A stretch of DNA of 14,964 nt from Candidatus Woesearchaeota archaeon (lineage in GTDB: Archaea > Nanobdellota > Nanobdellia > Woesearchaeales > GW2011-AR4). Below are positions 6,747 through 14,107 of this stretch, in pieces (position 1 is the first letter of the stretch; each line of letters starts with the position of its first letter). The notes beneath the pieces were generated by a model, which worked only from the letters and a program-made list of their open reading frames with translations, made no database searches and had not been told where the DNA came from. Made by a program: the position numbers and the translations under genes. The stretch is taken from contig JAGVXS010000039.1 of assembly GCA_018303685.1 (NCBI GenBank), forward strand, positions 1 through 14,964. The letters are read 5' to 3'.

Positions 6747-7136
6747 TCATTCTATTATTGCAAGCACATCGCCCCTGTTCACATTGTCATTTTTCTTTAC
6801 CTTAACATCTTTTAATACACCATCCTTAGGCGCGGTTACCTCATTCTCCATTTTCATAGCCATCAGTATAAACAGGCTCTGCCCCTGCTTTACCCTTGCG
6901 CCTTCTTTGGCTTTTATTTCGTAAATAATCCCGGGAAGAGGCGCTGTTATTTCAGTAGCCCCCTCACTTATCTTCTGCCTTTTTTGCAGCCTGTCAATTG
7001 CGGATGTTTCAGCATCTTTTTTTGTCTCAACTTCGTAAACATCAGAGCCGCAGTGCACAAGTATTTTGCCCTCTTCTGTTTCCTCTACAAAAACCTTGTA
7101 TTCCCTGCCGTCAACCTTAACAACAAGCTCTTCCAT
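6747..7136 (-). CDS. accB: Biotin carboxyl carrier protein (short, 1.3S-like type)
   Basis: 129 aa. Biotinyl domain APLPGIIYEIKAKEGARVKQGQSLFILMAMKMENEVTAPKDGVLKDVKV. Biotinyl-Lys95 codon AAA lies at 6852-6854. N-terminal VKVDGREYKVFVEE resembles short transcarboxylase-type carriers. The ATG is 2 nt after the carboxyltransferase stop. Confidence 0.9.
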   Translation of the reverse strand: MEELVVKVDGREYKVFVEETEEGKILVHCGSDVYEVETKKDAETSAIDRLQKRQKISEGATEITAPLPGIIYEIKAKEGARVKQGQSLFILMAMKMENEVTAPKDGVLKDVKVKKNDNVNRGDVLAIIE

Positions 7137-7138
7137 GT

Positions 7139-8656
7139 TTACAATGGCATGTTTCCGTGTTTTTTTGCCGGCTTTTTTTCTCTTTTAGAAAGCAGCATTT
7201 CAAGGCACTTGACCATGGCAATCCTTGTGTTTTTTGGCTCAATTATCATATCAATTTTTCCGAGGCTTGCTGCACTATAGGGGTTAAGGTATTTTTCCGA
7301 GTACTGCCTTGATAGCTCAGATTTCAGCTTCGGGTTTTTGCTTAGCTCATCCTTGTTTATTATACTGACTGCCTGCTCAGCGCCCATGACTGCAATCTCG
7401 GCCATTGGCCACGCTATAACCTTGTCAAAGCCCATCCCCTTTGAGACAAGTGCGATGTAAGCCCCCCCATACGCTTTTCTAAGCACAAGCGATATTTTTG
7501 GCACAGTCGCCTCGGAATAGGCGTAAAGCACCTTTGCGCCGTGCCTTATTATGCCATTATGCTCCTGCTCTGTGCCGGGCAAATAACCAGTGACATCAAC
7601 AAGATTTATGAGCGGTATGTTGAAGCAGTCGCAAAATCTCACAAATCTTGAAATCTTGTCAGAGGAGTTAATGTCAAGGCAGCCCGCCAGCACCTTCGGC
7701 TGGTTGGCTACAACTCCAACAACATAGCCGTTAAGCCTTGCAAACCCGATAACCGCATTTTGCGCGTAATTCGCCCCAACCTCAAAAAAGGATTTTTTGT
7801 CAAAAATCTCTATGATGACATCTTTTATATCATAAGTCTTTTTTGGGTCTTCCGGAACAATGCCCTGAAGCCTTTTTGTTTCTCTTGCCGGAATGTCTGT
7901 GGAATGATAAGGGGGGCTCTCAAGATTATTCTGGGGGAGATAGCTCAGCAAAATCTTTATCATGTCCAAGCATTGCTTTTCATTTTCTGCCATGAAATGC
8001 GCTACGCCGCTTTTCTCATTTTGGACTGATGCGCCCCCCAGCCCCTCAAAGTCAATTGCCTCGCCAGTGACTGTTTTTATTACATCAGGACCTGTAATGA
8101 ACATGTAGCTTGTTTTATTCACCATAAAAACAAAGTCAGTCAAAGCAGGGCTGTAAACGGCAATACCTGCGCAAGGGCCAAGTATTGCAGATATCTGCGG
8201 TACAATGCCTGAAGACAAAGTGTTAAGCTGAAATATCCTGCCGCCGCCTTCCAGGGCGGAAATTCCTTCCTGTATCCTTGCCCCTCCTGAGTCAAACAAG
8301 CCGATGCACGGGCATCCTGTTTTCAATGCCAGCTCCATCACATGGGCTATTTTTTCGTTGTGAGTATTGCCCATCGAGCCGCCCATAAAGGAGAAGTCCT
8401 GTGCGTAGACATAAACAGGCTTTTTGCTTATTGTGCCATAGCCGGCTACAACACCATCACCATACCTTCTTTTTGCCTCAAGCTCCTTGCTTTGCAGCTC
8501 TGCAAAAGCATCAAGCTCTGCAAAAGAGCCTGTATCAAGAAGGTGCTTAAGGCGCTCTCTTGCAGTAAGCTTGCCTTTTTTGTGCTGCACTTCGGCAGCG
8601 TGCTTGTCATCAAGCGCTTTGCTCCTTTCAAGAAACTCCCTAACCTTCTCCCCCAT
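7139..8656 (-). CDS. pccB: Acyl-CoA carboxylase carboxyltransferase subunit (PccB/AccD5/MmdA family)
   Basis: 505 aa. KGKLTARERLKHLLDTGSFAELDAF, FDSGGARIQEG and a second-half AYGGAYIAL. This is the two-crotonase-fold CT length. TATA-like TTTTTAAA (minus strand; 8679-8686) lies about 26 nt upstream of the ATG. Confidence 0.93.
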   Translation of the reverse strand: MGEKVREFLERSKALDDKHAAEVQHKKGKLTARERLKHLLDTGSFAELDAFAELQSKELEAKRRYGDGVVAGYGTISKKPVYVYAQDFSFMGGSMGNTHNEKIAHVMELALKTGCPCIGLFDSGGARIQEGISALEGGGRIFQLNTLSSGIVPQISAILGPCAGIAVYSPALTDFVFMVNKTSYMFITGPDVIKTVTGEAIDFEGLGGASVQNEKSGVAHFMAENEKQCLDMIKILLSYLPQNNLESPPYHSTDIPARETKRLQGIVPEDPKKTYDIKDVIIEIFDKKSFFEVGANYAQNAVIGFARLNGYVVGVVANQPKVLAGCLDINSSDKISRFVRFCDCFNIPLINLVDVTGYLPGTEQEHNGIIRHGAKVLYAYSEATVPKISLVLRKAYGGAYIALVSKGMGFDKVIAWPMAEIAVMGAEQAVSIINKDELSKNPKLKSELSRQYSEKYLNPYSAASLGKIDMIIEPKNTRIAMVKCLEMLLSKREKKPAKKHGNMPL

Positions 8657-8676
8657 AAGCCAGGCTTATGAATGAG

Positions 8677-8689
8677 TGTTTAAAAAGGT
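8677..8689 (-). promoter_or_regulatory. TATA-like box for the carboxyltransferase-BCCP unit
   Basis: Minus strand reads ACCTTTTTAAACA, centred about 26 nt upstream of ATG 8656. Confidence 0.45.
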
Positions 8690-8709
8690 TTTGAAATGTT
8701 TTAATGAGG

Positions 8710-8715
8710 AAAAAA
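8710..8715 (-). terminator. Oligo-T tract downstream of radB (archaeal-type intrinsic terminator candidate)
   Basis: A6 on the plus strand equals T6 on the minus strand. It begins 6 nt after the radB stop and lies upstream of the next TATA box. Confidence 0.35.
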
Positions 8716-8720
8716 TCACC

Positions 8721-9452
8721 CTAAAAAAGCTTGAATCCCCTGCTTTCAGCTGCGGCTATTATGCCGCTGTCAACAATCTTAAACAAAACTTCCTTCTCAC
8801 CGCCAATGCTCCTGTGCTTCCTCAGGATGGCCCTCCTGTTGTTGTTTGGGGTGGTTTGCAGTTCTATGAGGCACTTGCTGCCGTATTTGAGAATGTCGCC
8901 GCCGACAATGTTAACCTTGTCCCTGTCGTCAAAGTCCGTATAAACCTGGTTTGTGATGAGCACCGGAATCTGCTTTTTCCTTGCTATCTCAGTAAGCCAG
9001 GAAATCTGCTTTCCGAGCTCAAGGTTTACTTCATGGATATCATCGTTTTTGCCCAGCTCAAGGCGGTAAAGCATTGCTATGGTGTCAACGACTATCAGCC
9101 CAATCCTGTCATTGACTATGTCCCTGAGCTTCTCAAAAGACTTCTTTTGCTCCGAAAAGCTTGTCGGCCTCAAAAATATTATGTTGTCAAGTATTTTTTT
9201 GTAGTCTTGGCTTATGCTTGAGCATATCTGCCTGAATCTCTCGAGAGAAAAGCCGCCCTCGCTGTCAACATAAACAACTTTTTTCCCGTTTCTGGCCACA
9301 TCAACCGAGCAGAGCAGGCAAAGAATTGTCTTGCCCGAGCCGGCAGGCCCGTAGATTGTAGTTATAACATCTTTTTCATAGCCGCCATCAAGCATTGTGT
9401 CAAGCAGCTTGCTGCCTGTTGATATATTATTGTTCAATTCCACATCTTCCAT
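8721..9452 (-). CDS. radB: DNA repair and recombination protein RadB (RecA/RadA paralog)
   Basis: 243 aa. ISTGSKLLDTMLDGGYEKDVITTIYGPAGSGKT (Walker A), VVYVDSEGGFSLERF, and Walker B LIVVDTI. It is colinear by eye with Pyrococcus-type RadB and has no N-terminal HhH domain. Confidence 0.85.
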   Translation of the reverse strand: MEDVELNNNISTGSKLLDTMLDGGYEKDVITTIYGPAGSGKTILCLLCSVDVARNGKKVVYVDSEGGFSLERFRQICSSISQDYKKILDNIIFLRPTSFSEQKKSFEKLRDIVNDRIGLIVVDTIAMLYRLELGKNDDIHEVNLELGKQISWLTEIARKKQIPVLITNQVYTDFDDRDKVNIVGGDILKYGSKCLIELQTTPNNNRRAILRKHRSIGGEKEVLFKIVDSGIIAAAESRGFKLF

Positions 9453-9471
9453 AGCTTATGGCATTCCCTCC

Positions 9472-9485
9472 AATTTTATAAAATT
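9472..9485 (-). promoter_or_regulatory. Palindromic TATA-like box upstream of radB
   Basis: AATTTTATAAAATT is a perfect 14-bp palindrome centred about 26 nt upstream of the radB ATG (9452). Confidence 0.5.
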
Positions 9486-9512
9486 TGTTGTTTTGGCTGT
9501 TAATCTAGGAAA

Positions 9513-9524
9513 CCTTAAATATAC
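9513..9524 (+). promoter_or_regulatory. TATA-like box for the DUF4190-like gene
   Basis: CCTTAAATATAC lies about 30 nt upstream of ATG 9549. Confidence 0.5.
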
Positions 9525-9548
9525 ATTAAAAAAACAATTACAACCAAT

Positions 9549-10001
9549 ATGAACAAGCATTTATCTCCGGGAGCAGCGTGGGCACTTTATCTTCTTATCA
9601 TTATCTACGTAATAATTGCCAAGTACAACAATATGACACTATTCAAGATGGATATTTACTATGCAGTCCTGCTGGCTGTATTGCCGCTATGCGCTGCATA
9701 CACATACTATGCTGACAGGCACAAAAGACAGGGGCTTTCCATAAGCTCTTTCGCATTTGGCCTGTTATTCTGGATTCCACTGCTTAACCTGATTTTTGGG
9801 CTGCTGGCAGTATACCTTGGAATAAAATCCCTGATTGGCATCAAAAAAAAGCCATCCAAATATGGGGGAAAATGGCTTGCGGTTATAGGCATCATATTAG
9901 GCTCCATAGTATACATAACATACCTCACAGGCATAGGAATGTGCCTATACGGCTATAAGGAAGTCTGCAGGAACATAGGACTGGATTTTCTGGCTCGATA
10001 A
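9549..10001 (+). CDS. Small integral membrane protein, DUF4190-like
   Basis: 150 aa, about 4 TM. GLLAVYLGIKSLIGIKKKPSKYGGKWLAVIGIILGSIV resembles the DUF4190 repeat pattern. TATA-like box 9513-9524 lies about 30 nt upstream. Confidence 0.65.
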   Translation: MNKHLSPGAAWALYLLIIIYVIIAKYNNMTLFKMDIYYAVLLAVLPLCAAYTYYADRHKRQGLSISSFAFGLLFWIPLLNLIFGLLAVYLGIKSLIGIKKKPSKYGGKWLAVIGIILGSIVYITYLTGIGMCLYGYKEVCRNIGLDFLAR

Positions 10002-10070
10002 TTTTAATAGAAATATTTAAAAGTACTAATCTTTTATGTCTTATGTTATACAAGGTATTTCAATAACACA

Positions 10071-11315
10071 ATGGAAGACGTCATAATGCTCGGGTCAGGC
10101 ATACTTTTCGGTATTTTGTTTTTGTTCCTCACATTCATTTTTCTTATATTTACAATTTCCTGGTTTTTCAAGGGAAACAGAAGCGGCTTTGAGCCGAAAG
10201 TAACTATTGTAATACCAGCCTATAACGAAGAGAATAACATCACCGAATGCATAGATTCCATCTTCAGCTCCAGCTATAAGAAAAACAAGATGGAGGTCAT
10301 CGTGGTTGATGACGGCTCAAAAGACAATACATTAACCGTGCTCAGAAAATATAAAGAGGTTAAAATACTGAGGCAGAACCATCTTGGAAAGGTAGAAGCG
10401 CTGAATAAAGGAGTTTTGAGATCTTCCAATGAATTTATTGTGACTATTGATGCAGACACAGTGCTTGACAAAAACTGCATAAGGGAGCTTGTCAGCCCTT
10501 TTCATGACGGGAATATAGGCGCAACTACAGGCAACAACAATGTCAAGAACAACAAGTCCATTATCAGCGCATTCCAGAACATTGAATACCATTTCAGCAA
10601 CTTAATAAGAAACAGCTTTTCCAAAGTTTTCAGCAACGGCATATGGTTCAGCGGCTCTTTGGCATGCTACAGGAAAAAATCACTGGAAAAAATCGGCTAT
10701 TTCAAAAAAGACACACTTGCAGAGGACCAGGATATTGCACTGGAGATGAAAAAAGCAGGCTGCAAAACATTAAATACGCCAAAAGCGATAGGATACACGC
10801 TTGTGCCGACAAAAGTCAGCGACCTGTACAGGCAGAGGGCAAGGTGGTGGATAGGCACTTTGCAGGCTATAGTAAAAAATAAGTCGCTTTTCTCGAGGAA
10901 GTCAAGCCCGTCAATACTGTTCCTTTACATAAACCAGTTTTGGTGGTCCTTTTACGCGTTTCTGTCCTTGCCACTGATAGTGTACCAGATAAACTACTGG
11001 CTGCCATACAATTCACAGGGCATGTTCAGCATGCTCGGCTATTTTTTCAAGTGGCTGAGCCTCATGGGGCCAATATATGTGCTATACAAAATTCCCGATT
11101 TTGGAGTGTCATTGTACAGCATCTTCGGCGTTTTGTCAGGCATTATGACAACGATATTAAGCATAGCTGCGTTAAAAATGTTCAATGACAGGGTTAGCCT
11201 GAAAAACGTGCTTGCAATATTTTTTTACTTTCCATATACAATAGTTTTAAATATAATAATCTTAGTCAGCCTGTTAAGGAACAGGTTTTGGGAAGAAAGC
11301 TATTATATCAAGTGA
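10071..11315 (+). CDS. Membrane-integrated processive family-2 glycosyltransferase, NodC/IcaA/PgaC/chitin-synthase-like
   Basis: 414 aa. N-terminal TM, then VTIVIPAYNEE, VVDDGSKD, GKVEALNKG, DAD (10449-10457), AEDQDIALEMKKAG and QRARW (10833-10847), followed by about 4 C-terminal TM helices. Confidence 0.88.
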   Translation: MEDVIMLGSGILFGILFLFLTFIFLIFTISWFFKGNRSGFEPKVTIVIPAYNEENNITECIDSIFSSSYKKNKMEVIVVDDGSKDNTLTVLRKYKEVKILRQNHLGKVEALNKGVLRSSNEFIVTIDADTVLDKNCIRELVSPFHDGNIGATTGNNNVKNNKSIISAFQNIEYHFSNLIRNSFSKVFSNGIWFSGSLACYRKKSLEKIGYFKKDTLAEDQDIALEMKKAGCKTLNTPKAIGYTLVPTKVSDLYRQRARWWIGTLQAIVKNKSLFSRKSSPSILFLYINQFWWSFYAFLSLPLIVYQINYWLPYNSQGMFSMLGYFFKWLSLMGPIYVLYKIPDFGVSLYSIFGVLSGIMTTILSIAALKMFNDRVSLKNVLAIFFYFPYTIVLNIIILVSLLRNRFWEESYYIK

Positions 11316-11321
11316 GCCAAA

Positions 11322-12671
11322 ATGCTAAAAGAAATTTTACAGCAATTCATCCAGAATTACATAGCATTAGTAACAGAATTCTTTTCATGGTATAATGCTG
11401 CAGGGAGGAGAATACTCGACTTTTTGCACAATATGTTTAATGGCGCATTCAACGCTTTGCTTTTAGTAGCTGTTTTGATGTCAGTGCTTTACCTGATAAT
11501 GTCTTTTTACATACTCTTCAAGAAGCGCGAGCAGAAGCAGGAAGAGCCAGTTGATGATGAAAACCTGCCTTTGGTTACGGTGCAGATTCCGACCTTTAAC
11601 GAGCTCGTTGCTATAAGGTGCGCGAAAAGCTGCCTTGGCTTTGATTACCCTAAAGACAGGTACGAGATTCTCATAGGGGACGACAGCAACAGGCCTGAAA
11701 TTTCAAGGAAGCTGAAGGAATTTGCTAAGCAGCACAGCTTGGTGAAAGTGATAAAAAGGCAGAGCAATATCGGGTACAAGCCTGGCAACCTGAACAACAT
11801 GCTAAAATACTCAAAAGGGGAAATTATTGTGATTTTTGACTCTGACTTTGCGCCGCAGCCCGATTTCCTGAAAAGGATAGTCAAGCCTTTCATGAAAGAC
11901 AAAAAGATTGCAGGAGTGCAGGCAAGATGGAAGCTCATCAATTACAACCAAAACCTTGTGTCTGTGCTGGGCTCTACAATAGTGTCAACATGCCATCATA
12001 TTACAATACCCTTTATGTACCAAAGGAGGGGGATAACCTTCCTTTGCGGCTCTGCCGAAGCAGTAAGGAAAAGCGTGCTTGCAGAGATTGGCTGCTGGGA
12101 AAGCGGCAACCTGACTGAAGACATAGAGTTCTCACTCAGGCTGCTTGAGAGGGGCTACAAGATAGAGTATCTGGACGACTTGGAGTGCGACAGCGAAGTT
12201 CCATACACGCTCAAGGATCTTTACAAACAGCAAATGAGATGGGCGTATGGGGTTATCTACTCCTGGAAAAAGCACTTTATAGCAATAGCAAAGAGCAGAC
12301 ACCTTCGCTTGATGGACAAGATGTACATGGGGATTATATTCTGCAGCGGGTATATGCTCTCAGTCCTTCTTGCAGGGCTCTTTATAACAGGCACTCTCAG
12401 CTTTATGACGCATGCTCCTGCGCCTATAGAATGGGGAAGGTTTTTTTACGAGATGGCAAGAAACATCATATTAACCAGCGGCTTGATTGTGTCAAGCATA
12501 GTTGCGCTTGCAAAGGCCAACAAGTCAAGGCTGACGCTTCCTATGATAGCATCATCATTCAGCTACGGAATTGTAGTGACCTATTATGTAAATGTAGGCA
12601 TTTTCAAGGCATTGTCAAAAACACCAATGGAATGGTACATGCTTAACAAGCAGGGCAATAAGATTGACTGA
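11322..12671 (+). CDS. Membrane-integrated processive family-2 glycosyltransferase, cellulose-synthase-like (Csl/BcsA-like core)
   Basis: 449 aa. VTVQIPTFNE, IGDDSN, GYKPGNLNNML, FDSDF, TEDIEFSLRL and QQMRW (12228-12242), with C-terminal TM helices. It starts 6 nt after the preceding GT2 gene. Confidence 0.88.
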   Translation: MLKEILQQFIQNYIALVTEFFSWYNAAGRRILDFLHNMFNGAFNALLLVAVLMSVLYLIMSFYILFKKREQKQEEPVDDENLPLVTVQIPTFNELVAIRCAKSCLGFDYPKDRYEILIGDDSNRPEISRKLKEFAKQHSLVKVIKRQSNIGYKPGNLNNMLKYSKGEIIVIFDSDFAPQPDFLKRIVKPFMKDKKIAGVQARWKLINYNQNLVSVLGSTIVSTCHHITIPFMYQRRGITFLCGSAEAVRKSVLAEIGCWESGNLTEDIEFSLRLLERGYKIEYLDDLECDSEVPYTLKDLYKQQMRWAYGVIYSWKKHFIAIAKSRHLRLMDKMYMGIIFCSGYMLSVLLAGLFITGTLSFMTHAPAPIEWGRFFYEMARNIILTSGLIVSSIVALAKANKSRLTLPMIASSFSYGIVVTYYVNVGIFKALSKTPMEWYMLNKQGNKID

Positions 12672-12683
12672 TTCTTTAGAAAG

Positions 12684-12694
12684 TATTATTTATT
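12684..12694 (+). promoter_or_regulatory. TATA-like box for the GT-C glycosyltransferase gene
   Basis: TATTATTTATT is centred about 27 nt upstream of ATG 12716. Confidence 0.4.
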
Positions 12695-12702
12695 CTTGCG
12701 TA

Positions 12703-12709
12703 TTTTTTT
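12703..12709 (+). terminator. Oligo-T tract after the GT2-GT2 pair
   Basis: A T7 run starts 32 nt after the stop at 12671. It overlaps the next gene's promoter region, so its role is ambiguous. Confidence 0.3.
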
Positions 12710-12715
12710 AATAAA

Positions 12716-14107
12716 ATGAGGCTGAGGGACAATATTGGAATAAGCATAATAATACTGGCATTTATTTGTGCAAATGCAATTTTTCTTGTTTTCTATAAAG
12801 ACGTTTGGTGGGATTCTTCAGTTTACATTGGCATGGGAAAATACATCTATTCCTTAGGCCATTCAGGATTGTGGGAAGATTACAGGATGCCATTGTTTCC
12901 TTTGATTCTTGGCTTTGGATGGCTTTTGGACACGGATATTGTGCTTTATTCAAGGATAGTTTCTTTGATATTTGCGTGCCTTGTGTTATTCATGACATAT
13001 AAACTGGGAAAAGAGTCATTCTCTGAGAAGACAGGGCTTTTAGCATCCTTCTTTCTTGCTTTTTCATACACATTCCTCTTTTTCAGCGGCAATATACTGA
13101 CAGAAATTCCCTCTGCTTTTTTTGTGATGGTGTCTTTTTACCTTTTTTTCAAACAGAGATATTTCCTTTCCGGAGTATTCGCGGGAATATCAATGATGTT
13201 CAGGATTTTCCATTCATTTGTTTTTATAGGGATTTTTGCAACATTTGTTTTATGCGGATATAATAAAAAAGGATTTGCCAGCAAAATTTTTAATTATATT
13301 GCTGGATTGTTATGCCTAATTTTGCCTTACCTGGTTTTCAATTTTTTCATGTATGGTGACGTGCTGCGACCTTTAAAAATCCAGACGTTCTTCGTGCATA
13401 CAACTGCATGGAACCTTTATCGTGGATGGCTGTTTTATCCTATCGGGCTTGCAAAGGAAAATTTCCTTTTAGCCGCATTGCTTATTGCCCCATTGCTAAT
13501 CTATAAAAACAAGAAATTGACGGGCCACAGGATCTTTGCATTATTTGCATCTGTTATTTTCTACATCTTATTTTATTCATTTGCAAGACACAAGGAAATG
13601 AGGTTTATGATAGTTGCATTGCCAATTCTTTACATTCTTTTGTCAATTTTACTATTCGAAATTTATAAAAAAATGAAATTTAAGGAAATTGCGGTAGCGA
13701 TTTTTATAATAATGGCGCTTGCATGGATTTTTATGACATTCTCTAAAATATCATCAGCAATCTCATACCAACAGCAAAGAAATAACGAGGCATTGCTTTT
13801 TTTCCAGTCCAAGATAAATGAGAAAAACGGAACAATATGGATTACAAATCCCATATATGCATTGCATTCTAACAAGAAAATTGACGGGTTACTATATTAT
13901 TATTCATCAAAAAACCTGGTTGAATTTGCTGCCGGAAATGTTTTTGATATCGCTTTCACGAATGATTGCGACATAATGTGTGCACCAAAAGAGCACGATC
14001 CTTATTGTGAAATAAGCCATATAAAATTATATGAAAAACTTGGCAATTATAAAAAAATATATTCGAATAAAGTAAATTCATGCAATTATGAAATATTCAC
14101 TTCTTGA
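12716..14107 (+). CDS. GT-C fold polytopic membrane glycosyltransferase (PMT_2/ArnT-like) with a Cys-containing C-terminal extracytoplasmic domain
   Basis: 463 aa, about 10-11 TM. An acidic first-loop motif follows TM1 (VWWDSSVYIGMGKYIY). The soluble C-terminal ~110 aa contains four Cys (NDCDIMC...PYC...NSC). The family call rests on architecture only. Confidence 0.65.
   Translation: MRLRDNIGISIIILAFICANAIFLVFYKDVWWDSSVYIGMGKYIYSLGHSGLWEDYRMPLFPLILGFGWLLDTDIVLYSRIVSLIFACLVLFMTYKLGKESFSEKTGLLASFFLAFSYTFLFFSGNILTEIPSAFFVMVSFYLFFKQRYFLSGVFAGISMMFRIFHSFVFIGIFATFVLCGYNKKGFASKIFNYIAGLLCLILPYLVFNFFMYGDVLRPLKIQTFFVHTTAWNLYRGWLFYPIGLAKENFLLAALLIAPLLIYKNKKLTGHRIFALFASVIFYILFYSFARHKEMRFMIVALPILYILLSILLFEIYKKMKFKEIAVAIFIIMALAWIFMTFSKISSAISYQQQRNNEALLFFQSKINEKNGTIWITNPIYALHSNKKIDGLLYYYSSKNLVEFAAGNVFDIAFTNDCDIMCAPKEHDPYCEISHIKLYEKLGNYKKIYSNKVNSCNYEIFTS

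Noticed and set aside
3144-8656. Alternative reading of the biotin enzyme as pyruvate carboxylase or a Na+-pumping methylmalonyl/oxaloacetate decarboxylase
   Set aside because: The CT is the two-crotonase-fold acyl-CoA type, not a PycB TIM-barrel. An ATP-grasp biotin carboxylase is present. No large polytopic beta (pump) subunit is present. The membrane genes here are BioY and a 76-aa protein.
8676-9221. 181-aa plus-strand ORF opposite radB
   Set aside because: The minus-strand frame gives a full-length, motif-complete RadB. The plus-strand frame has no recognisable motifs.
8721-9452. RecA-superfamily ATPase as a KaiC-like or defence-associated ATPase
   Set aside because: It is colinear by eye with RadB, has a single domain, and has no nuclease, sensor or effector neighbour. 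It is a stand-alone unit with its own promoter and oligo-T.
10643-12646. Same-strand alternative-frame ORFs inside the GT2 genes (10643-10882, 10940-11188, 11927-12118, 12185-12646)
   Set aside because: They lie entirely within well-supported GT2 reading frames, are basic and low-complexity, and have no independent start signals.
12716-14107. AglB/STT3 oligosaccharyltransferase call because of a WWD tripeptide, and the A/T-richness of this gene as a sign of horizontal transfer
   Set aside because: The WWD lies in the first loop after TM1, not in a C-terminal WWDYG domain, and the protein is far too short for AglB. The A/T-richness is explained by its Phe/Ile/Leu/Tyr/Lys-rich membrane composition. 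I cannot compute compositional statistics here.
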